Origin: the human T2T-CHM13v2.0 reference genome, Homo sapiens
Reading direction: 5' to 3' (one strand)
Length of the DNA stretch: 64,000 nt
Assembly: GCF_009914755.1 (NCBI RefSeq)
Contig: NC_060926.1
Below, in pieces: positions 40,960 through 53,778 of the stretch (its first letter is position 1; every line of letters begins with the position of its first letter). The notes beneath the pieces are model-generated. The model saw only the letters and a list, made by a program, of their open reading frames with translations, made no database searches and was not told where the DNA came from. The position numbers were made by a program, and so were the translations under genes.

Positions 40960-43900
40960 GTTTGTGGTTGGTGGCAGCGATGGACACTGCAGCCAGCCAG
41001 AGCGTAGAAAGACGTCGGGGTAAGTGCGCTATCCAGGCTGCACTGCTGGTGGCCTGGGACGGGTTGGGAGCCCTATCTCAGGCGTCACTGCCCGTCTTGG
41101 GTGACTGGTTGGGTGTGCTATCTGAGGCTGTGCTGCCTGCAGCGGGGGGGCGGTTTGGGGGCTCAAACCGGGGCTACACTGCCTTTGGCGGGGAGCCGGT
41201 TGGGGGCACTATCCCAGACTGTATTGCTGGCAACAGTGAGGTGGGTTAAGTGTGCTATCTGGGGCTGCACTGTGCGGCTGTGGGGGGGGTGGCGGTTTGG
41301 GGTTGAGGGCGCTATGGGGTGCTGTAATGCCCATGGTGCGGGGAGGCGGGGCAGTTAGGGTATGTTGGGTGTGCTATTGGGGGGGGCGACACTGCTGGTG
41401 GTAGGGGGCAGGGTGGGTTGGGGGCCATATCAGGGGCTGCACTGATTGCTTTAGCTAGGATTTCTGGTACTATGTTAAACAACAGTGGTGACAGGGGGCA
41501 TCCTTATCATGTTCCAGATCTTAGAGGAAAAGCTTTCTATTTTTCCGCATTCCGTATGATTCTAGCTGTGGGTGTCTTTCCTGTAGTTTTTATTATGTTG
41601 CGGTATGTTTCTTCTGTGCCCGTTTCTTTGAGGATTTATAGCATGAAGGGATGTTGAATTTCATCAAATGCTTTTTCGGTTTCAGTTGACATGATCATAC
41701 AGTTTTTGTCGTTTATTTGGTTGATATGATGTATCACATTATATGTTGAGTGACTCTTGCATTCCAAGGATACATCCCACTTGATCATGATGAATTATCT
41801 TTTTAATGTATTACTGAATTTGATTCACTGGTATTTTGTTGAGGATTTTTGCATCAATATTAGAGATCCTGGCCTGTAGTTTTCTTCTTTGATGCTTTTA
41901 TCTGATTTTCGTATCACAGTAATAATGGTCTCATAGAATAAGTTTGGAAGTATTCCCTCCTGTTTTTCAAAATAGTTTGAGCAGGATTCGTACTAGGTCT
42001 TTAAATTGTTTGGTGTGAAGCCATCAGCAGTGAAGACATCAGTTCCTGGGCTTTTCTTTACTGGGAGACTTTTTCTGATGGCTTCAATCTCATTACTTGT
42101 TACCAATCTGTTCTGGTCTTGGATGTTTTCATTGTTTAACCTAAGTAGGTTGTATGCATCTAGGAATTTGCCAATTTCTGCTAGGCTTTCCAATTTATTG
42201 GCATATGATAGCCAGTTATGATCCATTGAATTTCTGAAGTATTAGTTGTAATGTCTCCTTTTTTTAATCTGTTGATTTTATTTATTTGAATCTTGTCTCT
42301 TTTCTTAGGCTGGTTAAAAGTTTGTCAATTTTGTTTAGCTTTCCAGAAAACCAACTTTTCGTTTAATCTTGTGTGTTTTTTATTTCAATTTTGTTTCTGC
42401 TACGATCTTATTTGTTTTCTTATTTTCGGTTTAGTTTGTTCTTACTTTACTAGTTCTTTAAGATGTATTGTTTATTTGAAGTTTTTCTTTTGTTTGGATA
42501 GTAGGCACTTATAGCTGTAAATCTCTGCCTTTGTACTGCTTTCTGCGTAACAAGTTTTGGTATACTGTGTTTTCATTACCCTTTGTTTCATGAAATTTTT
42601 GAATTTCTGTCTTAGTATCTTCATTGACCAGCTAGTCATTTATTCAGGAGGGTAGTGTTTAACTTCCATGTGATTGTATTGTTTCCAAAATTACTTTTCT
42701 TATTGATACCTAGTTTTATTCCTTTGCAGTGAAAGAAGATGGCCACGGAGACAGACAGCAGCGTGGTCAGAGTGGTAGGAGCCGGCCATCAGCGAGAGCT
42801 GCTCCATGCCTGGCTGCTGGGAGCTAGAGCCTGCGGCCCACTGGCTTGCCTCACTGTAGTTGGTGGTGGCGGTGACAGAGACTGCAGCATGACCAGAGTG
42901 GTAGGACAGGGGCTATCCAGGGCTGCACCTTTCACAGTGTGGGGTGGGTTGGGGGCGCTATCCAGGGTGTCATTGCCTGCATTAGGGGTACTGGTTGGTA
43001 GCACTGCACAGGGCTGCACTGCCCACGGCAGGGAGGGTGGGTTATGGGTGCTTTCTGGGGCTGCAACGCCCATGGAGGAGGACAGGTTAGGGCATATCGG
43101 GTATACGCTACTGGCGGCATTGGGGGACGGAGGTGAGGGGCGCTATTGAGGGCAGGACTAGCCGTGGAGCGGGGGCGAGTTCGGTGCTATCAGGGGCTGC
43201 ACTGCTGGCAGCAGTCAACAGAGTTGGCATCCAAGGAAGGAGTGGTTCTCCTCTCCCTGACTCCACACTCCAGAGGGCGAACCACTCTTGGTCATACTGG
43301 AGTGCGGCAGGGCATGCAGCGTTTGCATGGGAATCCTGAGCATGGCAGAGCCCCCACACCCACCGTGGTTCCTGGGCCTGTGCACTCTGGGTCTGTGCCT
43401 CAGAGGCTGCCAGGCACCCCTGGGGACACCACGGGGGACTGGGCCCTGTGTGTGGAGGCGTCCGGAACAGGAATTGGCACCTGGGTGCGGAGGGCTGGCT
43501 GGGTCTGAATTTGTCTGCTTCTCCTGTTCCCCGAGGAGTGCAGCCCCGGTGGGCCCAATGGTTCCTGTGGAGTGGGGAGCTGGGTGCTGTGGTGTCTCCA
43601 GCACCCACCCCAGACCCCAGTTCCCGGCCAGCTTGGGCCAAAAGGAGAGGCTGGACTTTGGAGGGTGGGTGTGAGTGCCTTTGCTGAAACTGGCCCCTGC
43701 CACCCAGTGGCCAGCATGACAAGTTGAGGCTCTAACGCTTCCACTCCTCACAACTTCCTCTAGGCTTTTCTGGCTTTGCCCACCCAGCTGCTCCGTGCCA
43801 GGAGGAGGAGGAGACACCTAGAGCGTGCAACACCACGGCTCGCCTCGCTGCGGGTGGGTGGCAGTGACGGAGACTGCAGTGCACCAGAACGGTAGGAGAG

Positions 43901-44010
43901 CGGCCGTGCTAGGAGGGCAGGCGGCTGCAGGCAGGGTTGGGAGTCAGGCTTACAGCGATGGACGGGCTGCAGCAGTGGCCAGGTGGTAGGAGCCTTGTAG
44001 GGAGGGCTGG
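40960..44010 (+). repeat. Degenerate G-rich subtelomere-like tandem repeats (split by L1)
   Basis: Recurrent ~40-50-bp unit GGGTTGGGGGCGCTATC.GGGGCTGCACTG at 41025-41441 and 42900-43210, with TTAGGG/TTGGGG/TGAGGG variants. A second motif, G(A/C)GACTGCAGC...GTGGTAGGA, recurs near 40970, 42745, 42870, 43860 and 43955. Confidence 0.65.
41442..42740 (-). mobile_element. L1 ORF2 internal fragment (L1MA/L1PB-like)
   Basis: Minus-strand ORF 41993-42226 (YANKLESLAEIGKFLDAYNL...EIEAIRKSLPVKKSPGTDVFTA) is L1 ORF2-like. T-rich plus strand. No poly-A or TSD seen. Confidence 0.9.
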
Positions 44011-44019
44011 TGCATTGGC

Positions 44020-47000
44020 AATGGGCCTGGCTTTGCCCTGTGCCTGCCGTGGATCTGGCCCTGTACTGCCCTGCCTTGCCCTGTACCTGCCCTACTGTTA
44101 CCTGGACTCTCGGCCCTGTCCTGCTCTGGTCCCATCCTGTCCCTGTCTTGGCCCCGTGCTACCCTGTCCCTGCCCTGGTCTTGCCCTGGCACTGGCCCTG
44201 CCCCGATCCTGCACTGGCCTGACCTTGGCTCTGGCCCTGGCTCTGGCCCTGCCCCTTGTCCTGACCCTGGTCCTGTCATGGCACTGGCCCTGCCAATGGT
44301 CATGGTCCTGCTCCTGTTCTGGCCCTGACCTGGCCTTGTAAATGTCCTGGCCCTGCTTTGGCCCATCCCTGCCCTGGCCCCACCATGGGCCTGCCTGTTC
44401 TGCCCTCTCCTGGCACGACTTTGCCCTGTCATGGCCCAGTGGTGCCATTGCCCTGCTTTACCTTGCGCTGGTTGTGCCTTGGCCCCGCTTGGTGCTGGCC
44501 GCTCCCTGGACCTGCCCTGGACCTGCCCTGACCCTGCCTTGGCTTTTGCCCTGCCCTCACTATGGCCTGGCCCTGGCCCTAGCCCTGGTCCTGCCATATC
44601 CCTGGCCCTGCCCTTATCCAGGCCCTGCCCCTGCTGCTGCCCTGGCCCTGGCCTGGAACCTGGTCCTGTCAAGGACCTGCCCTGACTCTGCCATGGCCCT
44701 GGCCCTGCTCTGCCTTGTTCCTGGCCCTGACCCAGACCCAGACCCTTTCCTGGCTCTGCACTGGCCTTTCCCTGGCCCTGAGCTGGCAGTGGTCTGCCCC
44801 TGGTCTTGCCATCACCCTGCCCTGCTGTGCTCCGGGTGTGTCATCACCCTGCCCTGGCCCTACTCTGCCTTTGACCCTGCCCTGGCCTTACCTTGGCCCT
44901 CACCCTAGTCTTCGCTAGGCCCAGCACAGACCTGGCTCTGACCCTGGCCCTGGTCTTTGTCCTGCCATAGCCTTGGCCCTGAAGTGGACTTGGAGCTGTC
45001 CTGGCCCCTGTGTAACATGGCTCTGCATTGGCCTGTCTCTGCCCTGCCCCTACCATCGCCTTGCCCTGCTCTGCCCTGTCCCAGTACTGACCCGGCCATG
45101 CTATTTCCCTGCCCTACCCTGCCTTGGCTGTGCCCTGGCTCAGTTCTGGCCCCGGCCCCGGCCCTGCCCTGGACATGCTCTGACACTGCCTCAGCCTTGG
45201 CACTAGCCTGGCTCTTTCTTGGCATCAGCCCTGCTCTCTCTGTGGACCGGCTCTTGTCCTGTCCTGCACTGGCCATACCATGCCCTGCCCTGCCCTGCCC
45301 TGACTCAGCCCTGACTCAGCCTTGGCCTTGGCATTGCCCCTGGTCCTGCCATATTTCTTGCCCTGTCCGTACCCTAGCCTTGGCCCTGACCCTTACCTTG
45401 CTCTGGCCCTGCCCTTGCCCTAATGCAGCCCCTGGTCCTGTCGTGGCCCTGCCCTGGACCTGTCCTGGCCCTGGCCCTTCCCTGCTTGAGACCTTGCCCT
45501 GGTTCTCCCATGGCCCTGACCCTGAAATGCCTGGCCCTACCCTGGCCTTGCACTGCTCTGGCCCTTGCCCTGACTCTGGTCCTGTCACTGACCCAGCCCC
45601 AGCCCTGTTGCTGGTCTTACCGTGGCCCAGACCCTGCCTTGGCCCTGCCCTGACACTGTCCTGGACCCTGGCTGTGCCAAGAACCTGTACTGTCCTTGCC
45701 CTTGTTTTGCTCCTGCCCCAACCCTGGTCCTGCCCAGGCCGTTTCTATGGCCCTGGCCCTGGCCCTGCCCAGGTCTTGGCACTGGCCTGGCCCTGCCCTG
45801 CCCTGGCCCTATGCTTTCCTGGCCCTGCCTTGCCGGCCCTGGCCCTGCCTTGGCCCTAGCCTGGCTTTGACCCTGCCCTGGCCCTACCTTGGCCTTCACC
45901 CTAGCCTTACCTGGGCACTGTGTTGGACCTGGCCATAGCACAGACCTGGTTGTGGCCCTGGCCCTGCCGTGGCCCTGTCTCAGACCCTAGCCCTGCCAGG
46001 TACCGGTCCTGGCCCAGCTCTGGGCCTGGCTTTGTCCCTAATTCTTAGATGACCCTGGCCCTGCCCCTGCCCTTGCCCTTGCCCTGGCACTGGCCTTGGA
46101 CATGTCTGTGGTCCTAACCCTGGCCCTGTCCTGGAGCTGCCACTGTCTTGGCCGTGCCCTGGCTCTGGCCCTGCCCCGGCCCCAGCCATAGACCTGCCCT
46201 GGTTGGTCGTGCCCTACCTTAACCCTGTGCTACCCTGGGCCTGCTCCACCCTGCCCTGGCCCTGCCCTCCCTTTGGCCCTGCCCTGACCCCACCTTGGCC
46301 CTCACACTGGCCCTAGCACAGACCTGGTCCTATCTGTGGCCTTGGCCTGGCATTGACCCCTGCTCCTGACCCCGGTCCTGCCATGGCCCTGGCCCTGCCA
46401 ATGACCCTGGCAGCCCTGACCCTGGCCCTGTCTTGGCCCTGGCCCTGAACTGGCCCTGCCCTGACCCTGGCCCTGAAGTGGATTTGCAGGTGTCTTGTCC
46501 CTGATTTAACCTGGCCCTACCATGGCCCTGTCCCTCCCCTGGCTCTGTCCTGGTCTTGTGCTGACCCTGACCCAGACCTTGGCCCTGCCCCAGCCTTGTC
46601 CTAGACCTGGCCATGGCCCTGCGTCTGCCCTGGACCGGCGCTGGCACTGGCATGGGCCCTGGCCCTGGCCCTGGCCCTTCACTACTTAAGGCCATACCCT
46701 GGCCCAGCCCTGGTCCTGACCCTGTCCTGGCCCTAATTTGGCCTGGCTCTACCCTGGCATGCTATTCTGGCCCTAGCCCTGACCCTGTCCCTGTCCCTGT
46801 CCTGGTCCTAGCCCCGTTGCTGGTCCTGCCATGGCCCTTGTCCTGACATTGCCCTTTCCTGGTTCTGGCCCTGGCCCTGTCCCAGCCCTGCTCTGGCCCT
46901 GGTCTGAACCCTGGCCCTGCAATAGACTGCCTTGGTCCTGCTCAGACCCTGGCTCTGGCCCTACCTCTGCCCTGGCCATACCCTTGCCCTGGCCTGGACC

Positions 47001-49957
47001 CCAGTCCTGGTCCTTGTCCTGCCCCAGCCGTGGCCCTGGCCCTGCCCCTGCCCTGCCTGTGCCCTGTTCTATCCTGGGCTGGCCCTGCCATGGCCTGGTC
47101 TTGCCATTGCCCTGCCCTAGCCTGCCCCGCTTGTGCCCTAGATCTGCCCCGGCCTTTGCCCCTGTCTTGGTTCTAGCCTCGACTCAGCCCTGGACCTTCC
47201 CTGACCTTGCCTCAGCCCTGGCACTACCCTGGCATTGCCTTGGCATTTGCCCTACTCTCTCTATGGCCTGGCTGTGGTCCTGCCCTGCTCTGCTCTGGTT
47301 CTGTCCTGACACAGTCCTGGCCCTGGCCCTGGCCCTGCCGTATCACTGGCTCTGGTCCTGCCCTTATGCAGACCTGACCCTGCCACTGCCTTGGCTTTGG
47401 CCTGGACCTTGGCCATACAGTGACCCTGCCATGACCCTTTCCTGGTCCTGGCCTGGAACCTGGCCCTGCCAAGGACTCGCCCTGGCTCTGTCATGGCCCT
47501 GGCCCTTTCCTGGATTTGGATGTGTCCTGTCCCTTATTTGCCCCGGCCCTTCCCTGGCTCTGCCATACCCCTTCTCTGGGGTAGGGCCAGGGTCAGGACC
47601 AGACCAGGGCAGGTTCAGGACCAGGGTAGGGCCATGGTAAGGCCTGAAGATGGGAAGGGCCAGGGCAGTGGCTGGACCAGGGAAGGGTCAGGGCCAGGGA
47701 TGTAGTAGGACTAGGGGCAGAGCCGGCACTAGGGCTGAGCCAGGGCAGAGCAGGAGAGATTACTTTAGGCTATTACGTAAAATTTTTATTTTAGATTTTT
47801 AAGATAACTATAGTAGTAGTAATGTCTATACTATGTTGTTTGTAATAGTAATGATATTTGCAGTAATCACTAAATTTTAACTAATACTATCTTTGCTTCC
47901 AGTAGTGTTCTATGAGTATAATTTTATCAACATGTAAATATGTGAGGCATTGATTCTCATAATAATTCTATATGCTAGGTACTTAAAGCATCCCCATTTT
48001 CCAAATGTAGGAAACAGGCATAAAGAAGGTAAATACTTGGCCAGATTACTCCTGTAATCCCAGCACTTTGGGAGGCCAAGGCAGGCAGATGGCTTGAGCT
48101 CAGGAGTTTGGAACCAGCCTGGGCAACATTGTGAAACCCCATCCCTACTAAAAATGCACAAAAAGAACTAATTTAAGTTTCTTGTAGGATTCTGGTTATA
48201 AAACACTGGTCAAACACACAGGGCATGGATAGGGCAGGGCCAGGGACAAGGTCAGGCCAGGAAGGGGCCAGGGCCAAGGCAGGGCCAGAGCTGGACTTGG
48301 AGGTGTCCTGGTCTGATTTGCCCTGCCCCAACGTTGGCCCAGCCCTGCTCTGGCACGTCCTGTCATGCCCTGTCCCTGGCCTGAGCATTGGCCCTGGCCC
48401 TGTCCTGCTTCTGGCCCTGCCCTGGAGTTGACCAGGCACTGCCATGGCCCAGTCCTGCATTGCCCTGCCCTCCTCTGCCCTGGTGCTGCCATGGCCCTGC
48501 TTGGGCCCTAGCTCTGCCTCGACTCTGGACCTGCCCTGACTCTGCTCAGCCCTGGATCTACCCTGACTCTGCCTTGGTGTTGCCCTCCCATCTCTATGGC
48601 CTGGCTCTGGCCATGCGTCGCACAGGCCATGCTCTGCCCTGCGTGCCTCAGCCTGGGCCCAGCCCTCATCCTACCATATTCCTGACCCCAGCCATACCCT
48701 TGTTCTGGCCATGACCCTGCCGTGGCCCTCTCCTGGCCCTTCCTTGGTCCTGCCCTGCCCTTCCGTGCCCTGGCCTTGCCCTCACCCTGCATTGGCCCTG
48801 CACTGGTCCTGCCCTGCCCTGGCACTGCCTTGGCCCCGGCCCTGCCTTCTCCCTGGCCTTGCCTTTGCCCTGCCCTGGCCTGACCCCAGGCCTACTGAGT
48901 CCATGAAATGGCCCTGGACCTGCCTTGCCATCCTCTGTCCTGGCCCTGTATTGTCCCCACCATGCTCTGGTCCAGCGCTTGCCCTAGCCCTGTTGCTAGT
49001 CCTGCCACTGCTATGGCCCTGCTCTGTTTTTGGCCATGCCCTGTGCTACCCTAGCCCTGCCCTGCCTTGGCCTTGGCCCTACCATGGCCTTCTCCTACCC
49101 TGGCCTGGCCCTACCCTGGCCTTTTCTACCCTGGCCTTGCCCTTCCCTGATCTTGCCCTGCCCTGGCCTTGCCCTACCCTGGCCTTGGCTTTGCCTTATC
49201 CTGGTCCTGGTTCTGCCCTGACCCTGGCCTTGCTCTGGATCCTCTCTGGTTCTGCTTTCTCCCTGGCCCTGCCCTTGCTCTGGCCCTGTCCCTGGCCCAG
49301 CCTTGACCCTGACCCTGGCCCTGACAATCCCCAGGTCTGACACTGGCCATGCTTGGCCCTGGCCCCTCCTTTTGGCCCTGCCCTGGCCCTGCCTTAGCCC
49401 TGTGCTATCTTAGTCCTGCCCTGGCCCTGAACTCGCCCTGGCCCTACCCTCACCCTACACTGGCCCCACCCTACCCTGGCCCTGCCTTTGGCCTGCTCTG
49501 GCTCTGGTTCTGCCCTGGCCTTGCCCTTGCCCTGGACCCTCCCTGGCCATGTTTTTTCCATGGTCCTTCTCTGGCCTTGCCCTTGCCCTGTCCCCTTTCT
49601 GGTCCTGCCATGTTTCTGGCCCTGCCCTGTCCATGTCCTGGACCTGACTCTGGCCCTGGACCTCCCTGTCCCTGCCCTGCCATACCCTGGCCTGTTCCTT
49701 GCTCTCCACTGGCCCTGCCCTGCCTTGGCCCTGTGCTACCCTAGCCCTGCCCTGGCCTTCTGCTGACCCTGATCCTGCCATGGCCCTGGCCCTGCCATGT
49801 CCCTGCCCTGGCCCTGGTTCTGCCCTGCTTCTGGCCCTGGCCTTGGTCCTCTCATGTCCCTGGCTGTGACCCTGCCCCTGGTTTTTCTCTGGCCATGACC
49901 CTGCCCCAGTTCTGTCCTATCCCTGGACCTGTCTCAGTTCTGTCCTAGCCCTGGCCT
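44020..49957 (-). repeat. CAGGG (CCCTG/CCTGG) pericentromeric GC-rich repeat array
   Basis: About 5.3 kb of degenerate GCCCTG/GCCCTGG units, C-rich on plus at 44020-47578 and 48305-49957, and G-rich on plus at ~47580-47755 and ~48220-48300. It matches the described hominoid CAGGG repeats at pericentromeric duplication boundaries. Confidence 0.85.
47930..48165 (+). mobile_element. MIR-like fragment followed by an Alu left-arm fragment, in the AT-rich spacer of the CAGGG array
   Basis: CCCCATTTTCCAAATGTAGGAAACAGGC (MIR core-like), then CCTGTAATCCCAGCACTTTGGGAGG...CTACTAAAAAT at ~48050-48165. Confidence 0.7.
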
Positions 49958-50386
49958 TTCACAGTACTTTATGCTTAGTAAAGCTCCATGGTGTCTGTGA
50001 GTTGAATGTTGTGTTCATAGTATCTGCCAAAACAGAAAGAAGAAAACAAAATATTTTGATAAGAAGTTAAAGCTTTGTATATAATATGCCTTGAATTGTA
50101 AGTGCCTGTTATTGGTTGTATTACATATAGGTCATGGTTTTGTACACATAACTCCAAACCGTTGATACTGTTAAAAGGATATATGAATATATGAAAGAAT
50201 GTATAAATGTAAGAATGTATCAGTATCTAATGACCTTTCCAAATTAATTTTTAATTTTAGCTCTATTAGATTTTTCTCAGTGTAACAAATGTTTATTCCT
50301 ATGTTATTAAGGGTGTATTTCCTGTCCAGAATATTCATATTACCTAATTGAAAATTATATGATACAAAAATATAATACTATTTTTA

Positions 50387-50500
50387 GGCCAGGCATGGTG
50401 GCTCATACCTGTAATCCCAACATTTTGAGAGGCCAAGTTTGGAGAATCATTTGAGTCCAGGAGTTGATCAGCCTGGGCAACATAGTGAGACCTTGTCTTT

Positions 50501-50533
<33 letters not shown>

Positions 50534-50805
50534 ATAGTTTGGGCACTGTGGCTCATATCTGTCATCCCAGCATTTTGGGTTGCCAATGCAGGAGGATTGC
50601 TTGAGCCCAGGAGTTTGAGACCAGCCTGGGCAGAATAGCAAGACTCCATCTCTGCAAATAATAAAATATTAACCAGGTGTGGTGGTGCGCACCTGGGGTC
50701 CCAGCTACCTGGGAGGCTAAGGTGGGAGGTTTGCTCGAGGCTGCAGTGAACTGTGAATGCACCACTGCATTCCAGCCTAGGCCACAGAACAGGACCTTGT
50801 CTATA
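50387..50805 (+). mobile_element. Alu left monomer + (TAAA)n + AluJ-like element
   Basis: GGCCAGGCATGGTGGCTCATACC... to ~50500, then a (TAAA)n run, then a second diverged dimeric Alu at ~50537-50805. Confidence 0.85.
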
Positions 50806-50980
50806 AATAAAGAAATAAGTAAAAATATAAATAAAAATAAGTAAAAATAAATATAAGTAAATATAAATATAAATACATATAAATATAAAAATGCATACAT
50901 GAAAAGAAACAATTTTTAAATTTAACATCACTGAGGGCATCCTATCCATTTCATTTCATGATTCCATTACATCATTTCAC

Positions 50981-53778
50981 TTAGATGAAATGATAAGATG
51001 ACTTGAGATGAGATGAAATGATGAGATGAAATGATGAAATGAGATGAGATGAGATGATGAGATGAAATTTTGAGATGAAATGGTGAGTAGAAATGAGATG
51101 AAATGATGAGACGAAATGACAAAATTGAAAAGAAATTGAAAGGAGATGAGATGAGATAAAATGAGATGAAATGATGAGATGATGGATGAAATGATGAGAT
51201 GAAATGATGAGATGAAATGAAATGAAATAATGAAATGATATGAAATAATGAAATTGAAATGAGATGAGATGAGGTGAAATAATGAGATAAAATGATGAGA
51301 TGAAATGAGATGAACGATGAGATGAAATGATGAGATGAAATGAGATGAAAAATGATGAGATGAAAAATGAGATGAAATGAAATAATGAAATGAGATGAAA
51401 TGAAATGAAGTAATGAAAGGAAATTATGAAATGTAATGATGAAATTGAAATGAAATTGAAATGAGATGATTTGACATGATGAGATGTAATGATGAAATGA
51501 AATGATGAAATGAGATGAGATAAAATGAGATGAAATAATGAGATGAAATGAGATAATGAGATTGGATGAGATAAAATCATGAGATGAAATGAAATGAAAT
51601 GATGGATGAAATGATGAGATGAAATGAGATGAAATGTAATGAGATGAAATGAAATGACATAATGAAATGAAATAATGAAATGAGATGAAACATAATGAAA
51701 TGAAAATGAAATGGAAATGATGAGATGAGAAGAAATGATGAGATGAAATGATGAAATGATGAGATGAGATAAAATGAGATGAAATGATGAGATGAAATGA
51801 GATGAAATGAGATGAAATGATGAGATGAGATGAAATATGATGAGATGAAATGACATAATGAATGAAATGATGAAATGGAATAATGGAAATGATGAGATGA
51901 GATGCAATGAGTTGAAATGAGATGAAATGATGAAATGATGAGATGAAATGAGATGAGATGTGATGAAATGATGACATGAAATGATGACATAAAATGAGAT
52001 GAAATGAGATGTAATGATGGAATGAGATGAGATGAAATGAGATGAAATGAGATAAAATGATGATATGAAATGATGAGATGAATGATGAGATGAAATGATG
52101 AGATGAATGATGAAATGATGAGATGAGATGATGAAATGAAATGGTGAGATGAACTGATGAAATGAAATGAAATAATGAAATGAAATTGAAATAAAATTGA
52201 AATGAGATGAGATGAAATGATGAGATGATGAAATAAAATGATGAAATGAGATGTGATGAGATGAAATGATGAGATGAAATGATGAGATGAGATGACATGA
52301 AATAAGTGAAATAATGAAATCGAAATGAGATGAGAAGATACGAGATGAGATGAAATGATGAGATGAAATGATGAAATGAGATAAGATGAAAAGAGTTGAT
52401 GAGATGATGAGATGAAATGAGATGAAAAGAGATGAAATGAGATGAAATGAAATGATGAGATGAAATGAGGTGAAATGAAATTAGATGAAACGTAATGAGA
52501 TGAAATGACATAATGAAATGAAAAAATGAAATGAAATAATGAAATGAGGTGAAATTAAATGAGATGATGAAATTAAATGATGAAATGAAATAATGAAATG
52601 GAAATGAAATGGAAATGATGAGATGAATGATGAGATGAAATGATGAGATGAGATGTAATGATGAGAGGAAATGATGAGATGTAATGAAATGAGATGAAAT
52701 GAATGAGATGAAATAATGAAAGGAAATTGAATGGAGATATGAGATGAAATGAGATAAAATGAGATGAAATAAATGATGAGATGAAATGATGAAATGCTGA
52801 GGTGAGATGAGATGAAATGAGATGAAACGATGAGATGAAATGAAAGAATGAGATGAAATGATGAGATGAAATGATGAAATGAGATGAGATGAGAAGAAAT
52901 GACTTGATGAGATGAGATAAAATGATGAAATGAAATGAAGTGAAATGAAATTGAAATGAGATGAGATGAAATGAGATAAAATGATGAGATGAAATGAGAA
53001 GAAATGAGATGAAATGATGAAATGATGAGATGAGATGAAAAATGATGGGATGAAAAATGAGATGAAATGATGGGATGAAATGAAATGAAATAATGAAATA
53101 ATGAAATGAAATGAATTGATAATATTGAAGTGAAATTGAAAGATGAGATTGGATGAAATGATGAGATGAAATGAAATGTTGAAATGAAATGAAGAGATGT
53201 AACATGAAATGAGCTGAAATGATGAGATGAAATGAAATGAAATGAGATTAAATGATGAGATGAAAAATGATGAGATGAAATGATGAGATGAAATGAGATG
53301 AGACGAATTGAGATGAGATGGGATGAGATGAAATAATGAAATTAGGTGAAATAATGAAATGAGATGAAATAATGAAATAAAATTGAAATGAGATGAGAAG
53401 AAATGAGATGAAATGTTGAAAAGAAAGGAGGAAATGATGAGATGAGATGAAATGATGAGATGAAATGAACTGAGATGATGAGATGAAAAATGATATGAAA
53501 AATGATATCAAAAACGACATGAAATGAAATGAGATGATATGAAATGACATAATGAAATAAATGAAGTTAGATGAAATGAAATGAAATAGTGAAATGAAAT
53601 GATGAAATGAAATAATGAGAATGAAATGGAAATGAGATGAGATGAGATTTGATGAAATGATGAGATGAAATGATGAGACGATATGAAATGATGAGATGAG
53701 ATGGGATAAGATGAAATGATGAGATAAAATGATGAGATGAAATGATGAGATGAAATGAAATGATGAGGTGAAGTGATG
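50981..53778 (+). repeat. Simple-sequence satellite of mixed ATGAA/ATGAG pentamers and ATG trimers
   Basis: 2.8 kb made almost entirely of A, T and G on plus (GATGAAATGATGAGATGAAATGAGATGA...). The long S/F/H/I ORFs on minus are artefacts. Confidence 0.95.

Noticed and set aside
39777-41007. 250+ aa Arg/Ala/Pro-rich ORFs on both strands
   Set aside because: They arise from a stop-free GC-rich VNTR, with no domain or codon evidence.
43937-49781. Many Pro/Leu/Cys/Trp- or Gly/Gln-rich ORFs up to 300 aa
   Set aside because: Low-complexity translations of the CCCTG/CAGGG array in all frames.
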